From Thermodesulfobacteriota bacterium (GTDB lineage Bacteria; Desulfobacterota; BSN033; UBA1163): a stretch of DNA of 64,000 nucleotides. Within the stretch, counting starts at the first letter, position 1. Each line of letters starts with the position of its first letter. The stretch lies in NCBI GenBank assembly GCA_035625415.1, contig DASPPQ010000068.1, forward strand, positions 23,590 through 87,589. The letters run 5' to 3'. The notes beneath the pieces are model-generated. The model had not been told where the DNA came from, made no database searches, and was given only the letters and a program-made list of their open reading frames with translations. This document shows positions 48,308 through 58,506 of the stretch, piece after piece. Both the position numbers and the translations under genes were made by a program.

Positions 48308-48946
48308 TTGTTTAGAATAATGGAGCTTTCCAAACAGAAAAATTACCAACAGTCCTTTGATTTGGCCTGTGCCTCCATCAAAAAAATGAATCTGGAGGAG
48401 AGGGCAAGGAAAGCCGGGGCTGATTATCAAAGAGGGGAAGAGGGGGAGAAGATCACTATTGAGTTTTTTTCAGAACCCTATCGTCTCCGGTTTCCTCAGA
48501 TAGAATTCTATTCTCCGTCTAAGAAGGTGGTTTCATTGGTCACTCGCATCCTCCTACTCCATTACCTCATCCATGCGGATGGAAATCCTCTCACGGGAAA
48601 ATGGGTGGCCTACAAGGATATTCCAGGAGGCCTTCTTTACGCGGGTGTTTTTGCGAGACGAGTGACAGAACCTTTACAGCGGAAATTTGGCAAATCAGCC
48701 GAATCATTTAGGGAGGCCGGAATGGAATCGGGGGGAGAACCTGTGGAAATCGGGGATGCCTCTTTCGTCCTCCATGCTTTCCCTCGTGTGCCTCTTCAGT
48801 ATGTCCTTTGGGAGGGTGACGACGAGTTTCCGCCGTCCGTCCAGCTTCTTTTCGACGCGTCTGTAGATCATTACCTTACGTTAGAGGATATCGTTGTTCT
48901 TGGACAGGTAACCGCCGGTAGAATAATCAACCGTTCTGGGGTCTGA
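48308..48946 (+). CDS. Hypothetical protein (DUF3786-like?)
   Basis: 212-aa ORF with coding-like composition. No motif recognised with confidence. Confidence 0.3.
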   Translation: MFRIMELSKQKNYQQSFDLACASIKKMNLEERARKAGADYQRGEEGEKITIEFFSEPYRLRFPQIEFYSPSKKVVSLVTRILLLHYLIHADGNPLTGKWVAYKDIPGGLLYAGVFARRVTEPLQRKFGKSAESFREAGMESGGEPVEIGDASFVLHAFPRVPLQYVLWEGDDEFPPSVQLLFDASVDHYLTLEDIVVLGQVTAGRIINRSGV

Positions 48947-49016
48947 ACCTCGGGACCTGTCGCAAATTGTGAGAGAGGGGCTGAAGTATTTTAAAATTCT
49001 ATTTAGGGAGACAAGA

Positions 49017-49907
49017 ATGGAAGAAGTCATTTATCTCGAGAGGCCAGTTCTTCATGAGCCCTATTTGATCATCGGGTTTGAGGGATGGCCCAATGCAGGA
49101 GAGATTTCCTCTTTCGCTCTTCGGCATTTAATCGATAGTTTAGGGGCAAGAGAATTCGCCTCCATTCCGACAGAGAATTTTTATCAAATGTCTTCCCTGC
49201 GACCAATGGCAGTGATTAAGGAAGGACGACTGATCGAACTGAAGTCTTCGGGCAATCATTTTTATTACGTCAAGGGACTCCCTTCCAACGACCTTATCCT
49301 TTTCTCCGGCGTGGAGCCTCACCTTCGGTGGAACGTTTTTGCTGATCTTATTCTCGATTTGGCTGAGCGATTCCGCGTGACACAAGTTCTTACCATCGGT
49401 GGCACTTACGATTACGTCCCTCACACTTATCCTCCGATGGTCAGCAGCCTGTTCAATCATGAAGAATTGCGAGAAAGGGTGGTCGGGGCCGGGCTGGGGT
49501 TGACGGAATACTCCGGACCCATCAGCATCCACACTTTTATTCTCGAGGCGGCCGGGAAGAGAAATTTGGATGCGATCAGCCTTTGGGGTCATGCCCCACA
49601 ATATCTTCAAACGAGGAATGTAAAAGTGGCCTGCTCCCTCCTTAAGAAACTGATCGATTTGACCGGAATAGAGATCGATCTCTCCGATCTTGAGAAGGCC
49701 GGCGAATACTTCGATCAGCAGATCAACCAATTGGTGGAGGAAGATCCGAAGCTCCAAGAGGTCATCGGCAAGTTAGAAGAAGCCTACAAGGGGTCCGAAA
49801 GAATTCTTCAACCGTTAAGAAAGGAAGAGGGGGCGAAAGAAGACAAAGTGGTCTACATTCAAGCCTTCCTAAAGAAATCGGAGGATGAAGAGAAGAAAGA
49901 TGGGTGA
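49017..49907 (+). CDS. PAC2 (proteasome assembly chaperone 2-like) family protein
   Basis: YLIIGFEGWPNAGEISSFAL...LTIGGTYDYVPH...YSGPISIHT matches the PAC2-family pattern. The start is probably MEEVIYLERP. Confidence 0.5.
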   Translation: MEEVIYLERPVLHEPYLIIGFEGWPNAGEISSFALRHLIDSLGAREFASIPTENFYQMSSLRPMAVIKEGRLIELKSSGNHFYYVKGLPSNDLILFSGVEPHLRWNVFADLILDLAERFRVTQVLTIGGTYDYVPHTYPPMVSSLFNHEELRERVVGAGLGLTEYSGPISIHTFILEAAGKRNLDAISLWGHAPQYLQTRNVKVACSLLKKLIDLTGIEIDLSDLEKAGEYFDQQINQLVEEDPKLQEVIGKLEEAYKGSERILQPLRKEEGAKEDKVVYIQAFLKKSEDEEKKDG

Positions 49908-49958
49908 ATTTTCGGTCACTTGAGCCTCGACCTCTCGGTTCCTTAATTCCTCAAATGC

Positions 49959-50363
49959 TTATTTTGGCTTGCCTGCTGGTCGGGCAGCGAATTCCATGAC
50001 CGTGTAGACGAGTGCCCAGCGCTGCTGCTCAGTGTATTGAGTCCATGCGACCATCCCCGAATTCGGAATCCCCTTCAAAATGACTTCGAAGATTTTCCGA
50101 GGGTCCCCCTTCGTATTGGGCCATTCTTTCAATGCATTTCGGAAATCGCTTGGGGGAGGTTTGAGAACGGCCCCAGCTACTCCTTTTCCATCACCATTGG
50201 AACCGTGACAGGTTGCACAAATCTGATCGTAGATTTTTCTTCCTTCCTTTAGCATTTCGGGCGTCTTCTTGGGAGGCTTCGAATCTGCACCAAAACTGAT
50301 CGGAGCGGTAAGGAAAAGAAAACTAGCCATTACGATCCATGTCCATCTTTTTATTCTCCCCAT
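49959..50363 (-). CDS. Monohaem c-type cytochrome (ActE-like)
   Basis: Signal peptide plus a single CATCHG haem site. Last gene of the module-2 operon. Confidence 0.6.
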   Translation of the reverse strand: MGRIKRWTWIVMASFLFLTAPISFGADSKPPKKTPEMLKEGRKIYDQICATCHGSNGDGKGVAGAVLKPPPSDFRNALKEWPNTKGDPRKIFEVILKGIPNSGMVAWTQYTEQQRWALVYTVMEFAARPAGKPK

Positions 50364-50395
50364 TTTTTTCCTCCTCTACTTTAGAAATTTATTTT

Positions 50396-51691
50396 CTATC
50401 CTGCCACAGGATTCGGGCCAGACTTCTCCCTCTGCTCCTTCTCCGTCTCCCATATGGAGATGACCGGGAAAAGTTTCGAGAAGAGGACGAAAGCCAGAGT
50501 GAACCCTGCAAAAAGGCCAGCCGTCATAGACCACTCCACCCAAGAAGGGCTATAAGCCCCTCGGCCGTAAGGAAGACGGGGTTGGGTGAAAGAGGGAATG
50601 ATGATGAGGAATCGTTCCAGCCACATCCCAATAATGATCGAAATTGACGAGATCAGAAGTCCTGGAATGGTGCGCCGCCAGATGAGCATTGGAAAAGGAA
50701 AGAAAAAACAGAGAACAGTCATCGTCCAAAAGAGAGGAGCGTATTTACCCGTCAGCTTGCTCCATAGGACCGCAAGCTCATAGGAATCGCCTCCATAGCC
50801 TGCCGTCAGGTGTTCGGCAAAAGTAAAGTAGAACCATAGTAGTGTGAAGACGAGTAGCAGCAATCCCATATTATTGAAGTGGTAGGGCGTCAGATAGCCC
50901 TCCAAATGATAAACCTTCCTTAGAACAATGATGACCACAATGATTGTGGCAATCCCCGAAAAGATGGCTCCCGTTACAAAATAGGGGGCAAAGATCGAAC
51001 TATGCCACATGGGCTGTGTCTGCATTCCAAAAACCCAGGAGACCACTGTATGAACACTCACGGCGATAGGGATGACAGCGATACACAAGATGCCTATCGC
51101 CTTTCCCAAATTGCGTTGCTGTCTTTCCGTTCCCATCCACCCGAAGGAGAGGGGCTTATATAGCCATCTTCGGCCCGGGAACCGGTCCCTGAGGAAGGCA
51201 ACGTCAGGGATCATCAGTACCAAAAGGAAAATATTGCTGACGGTGAAGTAGGTCATGATGCACGTAAAATCCCAAATAAGGGGAGACTTAAACTGTGCAT
51301 GGAGGGCCACCCAGTAGAAGAGGTAAGATCGACCGAGGTCGAAGAGGATATTTGTCGGGCCTGCCGCCAGGGCGAAAACAGTCACAGCCTCTGCAGCACG
51401 GCCGAAAGGAGTCCCCCATCGGGCGTGAGTGATTCTTAGCACTGCCGAGACCAGAGCACCCGCATGGCTAATCCCGATGAAGAAGACGAAATTGACAAGG
51501 TAGAGAGCCCATGACACGGGGTGGCCCATCCCGGTCTCTCCTAAACCCTCGATAAATTGCCAGACAAAAGCGATGACAGACCAGAGGACAACCGCTGAAA
51601 GCAAACCTGTCACGATCACAGAACCTCTCCCCCATCGGGTCAGCGGTTCGATCAGGCGGCTATGCTTTTGCGCAACAGCGTCACTGTCCAT
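50396..51691 (-). CDS. NrfD/PsrC-family quinol-interacting membrane subunit (ActC-like)
   Basis: 431 aa, 10 predicted TM helices. [20 protein letters not shown]. 11-nt overlap with the FeS gene. Confidence 0.75.
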   Translation of the reverse strand: MDSDAVAQKHSRLIEPLTRWGRGSVIVTGLLSAVVLWSVIAFVWQFIEGLGETGMGHPVSWALYLVNFVFFIGISHAGALVSAVLRITHARWGTPFGRAAEAVTVFALAAGPTNILFDLGRSYLFYWVALHAQFKSPLIWDFTCIMTYFTVSNIFLLVLMIPDVAFLRDRFPGRRWLYKPLSFGWMGTERQQRNLGKAIGILCIAVIPIAVSVHTVVSWVFGMQTQPMWHSSIFAPYFVTGAIFSGIATIIVVIIVLRKVYHLEGYLTPYHFNNMGLLLLVFTLLWFYFTFAEHLTAGYGGDSYELAVLWSKLTGKYAPLFWTMTVLCFFFPFPMLIWRRTIPGLLISSISIIIGMWLERFLIIIPSFTQPRLPYGRGAYSPSWVEWSMTAGLFAGFTLAFVLFSKLFPVISIWETEKEQREKSGPNPVAG

Positions 51692-52382
51692 CGTCCCATT
51701 CCCCTTCTTTCAAATAGAAGACTTTTGGTTCCGTCCCTAGATCCTCCATCAGCCGAAAGGCACGTTTGCTCTTGGAGAGCTTAGAAACTCTACTTTCGGA
51801 GTCATTCAAATCACCGAAATAGAGGGCTTCGCTGGGACAAGTCTCGACACAAGCGGGAGTAACTTCGCCATCCTTAATCGTTCGGTTCTCTTTCTTTGCA
51901 TTCATCTTGGCTCTTCGAATCCTTTGAATACAAAAATTGCACTTCTCCGTGATGCCCTTTCTCCGGGGGTAGACATCTGGATTCAACCCTTTCTTATACG
52001 CTTCCGGCCAGGAAGGCGGATACCAGTTGAAATAACGCACCGTATAAGGGCAGTTGGAGATACACATCCTCACCCCGATGCAACGGGAATAGACTTGTGC
52101 GACAATGCCTTCCGGATTTTTGTAGGTGGCTTCAACAGGGCAGACCTTGGTACAGGGCGGTTTATCACAATGCATGCAAGGCAGGGGATTGAAGCGCATC
52201 TCCACATTGGGATAGGCTCCCTTGATCTCATGGATGAGATTCATCCAGAATTTTGCCCTTCCCAGTTTGGCGTATTTTTCTCCCATAATGGGAATATTAT
52301 TCTCCTGGCGGCAGGCCACGACGCAGGCCTGACAGGCGGTGCATTTATCTAAATCAATCACCATTCCCCAGCGATACATCAT
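51681..52382 (-). CDS. 4Fe-4S ferredoxin-type subunit (PsrB/ActB2-like), paralog of 287-970
   Basis: [29 protein letters not shown] plus three further Cys clusters. 233 aa. Confidence 0.8.
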   Translation of the reverse strand: MMYRWGMVIDLDKCTACQACVVACRQENNIPIMGEKYAKLGRAKFWMNLIHEIKGAYPNVEMRFNPLPCMHCDKPPCTKVCPVEATYKNPEGIVAQVYSRCIGVRMCISNCPYTVRYFNWYPPSWPEAYKKGLNPDVYPRRKGITEKCNFCIQRIRRAKMNAKKENRTIKDGEVTPACVETCPSEALYFGDLNDSESRVSKLSKSKRAFRLMEDLGTEPKVFYLKEGEWDDGQ

Positions 52383-52478
52383 GAATCCTGTCTCTTAGTC
52401 TTTTTGTCTTACAGTCTCATAGTTTTTTCATTCAAGGGTCTTATTGTCAATTGACCATTCGACCATAACACTACAGGA

Positions 52479-54866
52479 CTATGTGACTTTATACACCTTC
52501 ACCCTGGATGAAAAATAAGAGACAAATCCACCCAGATGATCGTACTCTCTCGCAAGAAGCTCATTTGGATTGATCCCTCGCCCCCTTGCCCACCGGCCAT
52601 AGGCCTTGTGGCCCTGTCCGTAAGGAATATGGATGTGCTTTGGGTGCGTCCCGGGGAAGAGCCTCGCTTTCGCTTTCAGCTTCCCTGCCATCGACTCCAC
52701 CCAGATCAGGTCTCCGTCTTTGATGCCCATTTTTTGTGCAGTTTGCGGATTGATCTCGACCCACGATTCCCACCTCTCATAGAGATGGGGCCCGACGATC
52801 TCTTGGAGATAGGGTTGATTTGCTCCTCTTCCTTCTGCCATGGTCATCAGCTTATAGTCGATGAGATGGAAGGGGTATTCCCTTTCTTCTCCCACCCATC
52901 TCGGTTTTTCGTAATGGGGAAGAAAGGCTCTGTCCCCCCTTGCTTCAACCTTCAACTCCCCCAAAATGTAATCTATATCTTCCGAATTTTTTTTGGAGAT
53001 CTCTTGCAAGCCTCGCTCCATCCCCAAGGAATAGAATTCAAACTTCCCAGAAGGGGTGTTGAATTTCCTTTTCCATTCTCCAAAAGGGTAGAGGGAATCC
53101 CACCAGCCGCCTCGCTCAATTAAAGTCTTCCAGAATTCATCAAAGTCTTCTGCCTTGATGGAGCCTCGTTTGGACGCGAAAACGCCCTTGATCGCCTCTT
53201 TCAAAGCCTCTTGAAAATCTTTCCAGGGAAAAGACTTCGCGACGGTTCCCCCCAAGCCTTTTGCGATTTCGATGATGACATCGCCTGTATTTCTAACATC
53301 ATGGAGAGGAGGGTCAATGGTGGGGCTCCTTAATCCAAACATAGGGAATCCCAAGCCTGGTTCAACATGGTCATCCTGCCAGCGTTCGAAATAGGTTCCG
53401 TCGGGGAGGACAAGATCGGAGAGCATCGTCGTCTCATCCATAAACGGGGAGAAACTGACGATAAAAGGAATCTTCTCTAATGCCTTCTCAAATTTCTCAG
53501 GTTGGGGAAGGCTGAAGACAGGATTGGTATAATAAAGGAAAAGTGTATCAACAGGGTAGGGTTCTCCCTTCAGGATTTTCTCCGGAAGTGCAGAAGGAAG
53601 CTCCGTGGCGAAAGGGAAGGGAGTGCTTCCGGCTCGATCTATGCGCAGTTGGGAAAGACCCCTTAATGCAACTGCATCCCTCTGAACGGCAGGCCAGTTC
53701 TGAAAAGGAGGCTTTCTCTGGAGCAAAAGACCTCCACGGGTATCGATCGACCCAACGAGGGCGTTAAGGCTATCTACAGCCATTTGTGAATAAGTTCCAT
53801 TGGTCTGCATACCCACCCCCCGTCCTGTGACGGCAATGGCGGGCGGGTGAGAAGAAAATTCTTTGGCGATCCGAATAATGATCTCTTCAGGGACCCCCGT
53901 GAAAGAAGAAACCTGCTTAGGTGAATATTCTCTGAGCACCAGGGTCTTAAAACCCATGTGAGTCTTTCCGTCACTGTCCCTCCAATCCTCAAACCCAAAT
54001 GTATGGCGATCAAGAAATTGATGATCGTATTTTTTCTCCTTGATGATCCAGTGGGCAATTCCCAGGGCCAGCGCTCCGTCTGTCCCAGGCCGAACAGGGA
54101 TCCACTGGTCCGCCTTCGATGCTGTGATGGAGAATCTCGGCTCAATCTGGACAAGTTTCCCCCTGACTCCTGGTCTGCCTCTCCTTAGAAACCCATAGCC
54201 CCAAAGATTTCTGATTGAAGGCCTCGATGCCTCCAGAAGGCTCGCTCCAAAGGAGAGGACATAATTTACTTCTTCCCAGTGGATAGCCAAAAAGTCTCTT
54301 ACACCCATCGTGAAGAGATGACCTTTCAGAATACCCTCGGAGCCCCTGGCGGGATTTCCAAGATGGTTTGGAGAACCGAAGGCTTCGACGAACCTTGCCA
54401 TGAGTTCGGCCATGTGACCGCGATATCTTCCTCCCAACACCATCAGATGGTGAGGTCTCCCCTCCAGACGAATGGCCTTCAACCTCCGGGTGACAAGACC
54501 AATTGCTTCCTCCCAGGAGATCTTCTCCCAATTCCCCTCTCCACGCTTCCCTCTTCTTATCATGGGCTGCTGGATTCGATCGGGATCATAAAGGACTTGA
54601 AGCCCTGATTGACCTTTTGGACAGAGACGCCCTCGATTGATCGGGTAATCTTTTATTCCTTCCAGCTTGACTGGCCAATGATTGACTGAGCGTATGCGGA
54701 GACCACAGCCACTCGGACACTGGAGGCAGATTCCTGTCGACCAGTACTCTTCGTAAGGAACCCATTCCCCTTCTTTGGGCAAGGCATGAAGGAGTTCGTC
54801 TGACAGGGCCATCCCAAAGGTCGCCGCACCGATCAATTTTAACAATGTTCTTCTATTAATGTTCAC
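52479..54866 (-). CDS. TAT-exported molybdopterin-oxidoreductase family subunit (PsrA/ActB1-like), paralog of 1138-3519
   Basis: GTG start. NINRRTLLKLIGAATFGMA TAT signal. CLQCPSGCG...CPKG N-terminal Cys motif. 795 aa. Confidence 0.8.
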   Translation of the reverse strand: MNINRRTLLKLIGAATFGMALSDELLHALPKEGEWVPYEEYWSTGICLQCPSGCGLRIRSVNHWPVKLEGIKDYPINRGRLCPKGQSGLQVLYDPDRIQQPMIRRGKRGEGNWEKISWEEAIGLVTRRLKAIRLEGRPHHLMVLGGRYRGHMAELMARFVEAFGSPNHLGNPARGSEGILKGHLFTMGVRDFLAIHWEEVNYVLSFGASLLEASRPSIRNLWGYGFLRRGRPGVRGKLVQIEPRFSITASKADQWIPVRPGTDGALALGIAHWIIKEKKYDHQFLDRHTFGFEDWRDSDGKTHMGFKTLVLREYSPKQVSSFTGVPEEIIIRIAKEFSSHPPAIAVTGRGVGMQTNGTYSQMAVDSLNALVGSIDTRGGLLLQRKPPFQNWPAVQRDAVALRGLSQLRIDRAGSTPFPFATELPSALPEKILKGEPYPVDTLFLYYTNPVFSLPQPEKFEKALEKIPFIVSFSPFMDETTMLSDLVLPDGTYFERWQDDHVEPGLGFPMFGLRSPTIDPPLHDVRNTGDVIIEIAKGLGGTVAKSFPWKDFQEALKEAIKGVFASKRGSIKAEDFDEFWKTLIERGGWWDSLYPFGEWKRKFNTPSGKFEFYSLGMERGLQEISKKNSEDIDYILGELKVEARGDRAFLPHYEKPRWVGEEREYPFHLIDYKLMTMAEGRGANQPYLQEIVGPHLYERWESWVEINPQTAQKMGIKDGDLIWVESMAGKLKAKARLFPGTHPKHIHIPYGQGHKAYGRWARGRGINPNELLAREYDHLGGFVSYFSSRVKVYKVT

Positions 54867-54894
54867 TGCCTAATCCGAATTCGCATAGAGCGCC

Positions 54895-55036
54895 GCGTTT
54901 AAAATCCCAAATCACAAATTTCAAATCGCAAATAAGCACCAATTTCGAATTTCCAATGACCGAACACATTGTATTTCCAATTTGAGCGATTGGAAAATTT
55001 ATTCGAAATTTGGCGTTTGGAATTTGGTGCTTCCGT
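54895..55036. repeat. Imperfect palindromic element with CCAAAT arms (family copy G)
   Basis: aaaatcccaaatcacaaatttcaaatcgcaaataagcaccaatttcgaatttccaatg ... cattggaaaatttattcgaaatttggcgtttggaatttggtgcttccg. Confidence 0.6.
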
Positions 55037-55066
55037 ATCTCTATGCTCTCGCTATGCGCTGCGCGC

Positions 55067-55615
55067 TTAACTGGAGTGGCATGCATAGCAATCCGTCGCG
55101 GCTCCTTTTCTCTTGTGGCAGTCCAGGCACCACTCCATATACAATCGATCAACCATTCTTACAGGGGTATCACTGACACCCGTGACCCCGTGACAGGTGG
55201 AGCAATCGATTTGGCCCTGGATATGAATCCAGTGAGGGAAGACGACAAATTTCGGAAGCTCGTACATCCGATTCCAGGGAATTCTCTTATTCGCTTTCAC
55301 GTATTCAACCACTTTTAGCGCCTCAGGCCTCTTACTGATTGCATCACTCGAATGGCAGGCTCGACAGAGTTCGATGTTTGGAATCCCGGCAGCACGGTGT
55401 TCGCTGGCATGCGAGTGGCAGAAAATACAGTTCAACCTGGCCACTTCTTTGTGGTGGATATGATTGAAGCGGACGGGTTGATCGACAGGCTCACTTTTTA
55501 GAATCGGGAAGACAAAGAAAATTAGAGATTTCATTGGGACCCGGAAACGATGCCATGCAACAGTGATGGTAAGAAGAATCACGAGGACCACCACAAGAAA
55601 GCCAATCTTCTTCAT
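55067..55615 (-). CDS. Pentahaem c-type cytochrome (ActA-like)
   Basis: N-terminal TM anchor. Five CxxCH motifs (CIFCH, CRACH, CSTCH, CLDCH, CYACH). Confidence 0.75.
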   Translation of the reverse strand: MKKIGFLVVVLVILLTITVAWHRFRVPMKSLIFFVFPILKSEPVDQPVRFNHIHHKEVARLNCIFCHSHASEHRAAGIPNIELCRACHSSDAISKRPEALKVVEYVKANKRIPWNRMYELPKFVVFPHWIHIQGQIDCSTCHGVTGVSDTPVRMVDRLYMEWCLDCHKRKGAATDCYACHSS

Positions 55616-55689
55616 AGTTTCAGTTTATTCTCAAACGTCAAAGTCTGTCAACTCAAAATCGGCCACCAACGCTTCACCAGTTCAAATCA

Positions 55690-56610
55690 CTAACTCAGCA
55701 ACCTGTCTAAGGAAAGGAGTGAGATGACGAGGACGGCATAAATATTCAATTTCATGAAGGTGATCCTTAACAAGCGTTTATTGTCATGAGAACTTAGAAA
55801 AATGATGGCACTCCAAAACAGCCAACACGCTGCAGCCACTAATAGAAGATAGCAGAAAAAATAATTCAGAAGTCCGAATAGAGGAATGATCAGAGAAGAA
55901 ACTCCTGTCGCCAAAAGCCATGTGAAGATGATCCGTTTGATCTGTTTCGTCGAGAAGATCTTTATGATGGAAGGAAACCCGACCCTCTCGTAATCTTTTG
56001 AACAATCCAGAAGAAGGAGCCAGAAGTGAGGCACCTGCCAGATAAAGAAGAAGAGAGCGACTCCCCAGATCCGGGGATCAAGGATGTTCCCCGCCCCTGC
56101 TACCCATCCCAAAACCGGGGGAATGGCGCCCACCAGGGCCCCGGGCACCGCTGCAAACGCTATTTTCTGCTTCAGAGGGGTATAGATCAAGTTGTACCAG
56201 AGGACGGCAAAGAGACCTAAAGCCAATGCCGGTTCTCCGGCTCCGAGAAGGAGGATGAGAGCCCCTGAAAGAATCAGGCTTAGAGAAATCCGGAGAGCCG
56301 TCTCAGGATTCAATCTTCCAGAAGGGATGGGCCTTGATTTTGTCCTATCCATCAGTTTGTCTATTTCTCTTTCTTGATATTGATTGAGCGCGCTCGAACC
56401 GCATGCGAGAAGGAAAACCGCCACCGTTGGCACCAGCATATGGATTGTGATCTTTCCCTTTGCAAGAAGATACCCTGTTGCCGCGGTAAGCGTTGCAAGG
56501 AGAGAGATCCTTATTTTTGCGAGGTCAGGGAGGATAGCGAACCACTCTCTCCATACGTAGGCTCTATCCTTCGAAATCTCCCTGACATTTCGTAGCGCCT
56601 GCACAATCAT
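55690..56610 (-). CDS. ctaB: Protohaem IX farnesyltransferase (haem O synthase)
   Basis: UbiA-family polytopic protein, 306 aa. 4-nt overlap with the coxB stop. Confidence 0.85.
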   Translation of the reverse strand: MIVQALRNVREISKDRAYVWREWFAILPDLAKIRISLLATLTAATGYLLAKGKITIHMLVPTVAVFLLACGSSALNQYQEREIDKLMDRTKSRPIPSGRLNPETALRISLSLILSGALILLLGAGEPALALGLFAVLWYNLIYTPLKQKIAFAAVPGALVGAIPPVLGWVAGAGNILDPRIWGVALFFFIWQVPHFWLLLLDCSKDYERVGFPSIIKIFSTKQIKRIIFTWLLATGVSSLIIPLFGLLNYFFCYLLLVAAACWLFWSAIIFLSSHDNKRLLRITFMKLNIYAVLVISLLSLDRLLS

Positions 56611-57527
56611 CCTTTCAAACTCTTTATGAATTCGACGAGTGCGTTCAGTTCCTCCTCGGTTAGGCCTATTTTAGGCATGATAGGTGGGTATCCTTCAACG
56701 TGGACCACGTTAGGCTCGGATATGAATTTGCGGATGAAAGTCTCATCAACGACTACTACCTCCTTCTTCCCACCACTTGTGACCTCTTCCTTTTTTCCGA
56801 AAAGACCCTTAAAACTTGGTCCCACCCGTGGCGTTCCGTCGGTGCTGTGACAGGCAAAGCATCCCTTCTCCTGATAAACCCTGGGTCCTTGAGGGGGACC
56901 CTTCAACGCCACTTCTTCTTTCTTAGTCTGATACCACTTTGTAAACTCCTCTTCGGGGAGGACGACTATTTTTGTAAGCATGTGAGAGTGTTCGAGGCCG
57001 CAATACTGCGAACACAGAACATCAAATGTCCCCACTTCTGTCGGCTGAAACCACAGATAGTTTGTCATTCCAGGAACGACATCCTGTTTGATCCGGAAGG
57101 CGGGGATATAAAAACCATGGATAACATCGAGTGAATTCATTACCAGTTTGACCGGCTTCCCGACGGGAACCCTTAATTCCGTGTCTTGAGTTCCGTTTTC
57201 GTACTGAAACAGCCAGGACCACTGACGGGCGATCACCTTTATTGGCATCGCTCCCGGAGGAACTTTCTTCAAGAACTCGAAGCCTGTCAGCCCGTAGTAG
57301 AACATCGTTAGAACGATCAGCGTCGGTATGACTGTCCAGGTCACTTCCAGCCAGGTGCTCCCTTCAATGTCAACCGGCTTGGGGTGTTTTTCTCGACGGT
57401 AACGAATTAAGAAATAGACCATCAAAAATGTGATGAGTCCCAGAAGAAGAACACAGATCAAGAGGATATATAGAAAGACGTTATCGACAACTCTTCCGGA
57501 TAAGCCTGTGGCTCCTGAGAAAATCAT
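56607..57527 (-). CDS. coxB: Cytochrome c oxidase subunit II with fused C-terminal cytochrome c domain (caa3-type)
   Basis: CuA site CSQYCGLEHSHM. ARQWSWLFQY. C-terminal CFACHS haem motif. Confidence 0.9.
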   Translation of the reverse strand: MIFSGATGLSGRVVDNVFLYILLICVLLLGLITFLMVYFLIRYRREKHPKPVDIEGSTWLEVTWTVIPTLIVLTMFYYGLTGFEFLKKVPPGAMPIKVIARQWSWLFQYENGTQDTELRVPVGKPVKLVMNSLDVIHGFYIPAFRIKQDVVPGMTNYLWFQPTEVGTFDVLCSQYCGLEHSHMLTKIVVLPEEEFTKWYQTKKEEVALKGPPQGPRVYQEKGCFACHSTDGTPRVGPSFKGLFGKKEEVTSGGKKEVVVVDETFIRKFISEPNVVHVEGYPPIMPKIGLTEEELNALVEFIKSLKG

Positions 57528-57826
57528 TTCACACCCCCTCGAAAGGCCAGGTCTGAAAAGGTCAAAAGGATAAAGACGAGAAAAACGGCCATGACAAGAG
57601 GGATAATGACCTTAAAGATGAGAAGTCTTTCGGATCTGAGGTGCATGAAGTAATTTAGAACCAGTCCGGACTTCGTTCCTGCGATCGCCAAAGCGATGAG
57701 AATGGTCCAGCCGCCAAGTGCCATTCCTGCAACGCTAAGCGTCGTTCCTGTCAGGATGACCAACCCCACCCAGACAAGGACATAGGTTCGATACCTTGTA
57801 CCATGGGACTCTTCTTCAGGCTTCAA
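57524..57826 (-). CDS. Cytochrome c oxidase subunit IV (prokaryotic caa3-type small subunit)
   Basis: 100 aa with three TM helices. Lies between coxC and coxB, with a 4-nt overlap with coxB. Confidence 0.5.
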   Translation of the reverse strand: MKPEEESHGTRYRTYVLVWVGLVILTGTTLSVAGMALGGWTILIALAIAGTKSGLVLNYFMHLRSERLLIFKVIIPLVMAVFLVFILLTFSDLAFRGGVK

Positions 57827-57885
57827 TTCAAGTTCCTCCGTAAATCCCCCTACTCCCCCCTTTACTAAAAGGGGGGTGGGGGGGA

Positions 57886-58506
57886 TTACGTAATCAGATA
57901 GAACAGGGGGTATAGAAAGATCCAGATGATATCGACCAGGTGCCAGTATAATCCCGCATTTTCCAAGGGAATGAAGCGCATCTGGTTAAGCCTGTTTTTG
58001 TCAATGAGAATTAACATTACAGAGAGGATGCAGACCCCCACGAGCACATGGAGTCCGTGGAGACCTGTCATCACATAGTAAAGGCCGAAAAAAAGAATCT
58101 CCCCCTTCGCACGGGCCAATAGGGTCGGAGAATTCGGATAAATACCATGTTCAATTTTACCGCCCCATTCAAAGCCCTTGTTCCCGAGAAAGAGGAGGCC
58201 AAGAGCGATTGTAGCCATCAGCAAGACCATTGACAATCTGCGCTCGCCCTTTCGGAGGGCTGTGATGGAGGCTGCTACGCATAAGCTGCTGGTCAGGAGG
58301 ATAATGGTGTTTAACGTGCCGAGAAGGATCTCCAGTTGCCTCGAGGCATGATGAAAATTGACGGGGTCTTTATAGCGGTAGGCAGAGTAGAGGATGAACA
58401 TCCCTCCAAAGAGGAGAAGTTCGGACAGAATGAAAAGCCACATACCCAGCTTGGCGCTGGTATCCTCCCTGGTCTCTTCAAAGACAGCCTCTCGTGCTTC
58501 ATCCAT
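57886..58506 (-). CDS. coxC: Cytochrome c oxidase subunit III
   Basis: COX3-like seven-helix protein. Start placed at MDEAREAVFEE so that it does not overlap coxA. Confidence 0.8.
   Translation of the reverse strand: MDEAREAVFEETREDTSAKLGMWLFILSELLLFGGMFILYSAYRYKDPVNFHHASRQLEILLGTLNTIILLTSSLCVAASITALRKGERRLSMVLLMATIALGLLFLGNKGFEWGGKIEHGIYPNSPTLLARAKGEILFFGLYYVMTGLHGLHVLVGVCILSVMLILIDKNRLNQMRFIPLENAGLYWHLVDIIWIFLYPLFYLIT

Noticed and set aside
3531-55036. CCAAAT tandem units considered as possible CRISPR arrays
   Set aside because: The units are 6-7 nt degenerate repeats with no spacers of regular length and no 25-40 nt direct repeats. No cas genes are present. The two arms are mutually complementary, giving a palindrome rather than an array.
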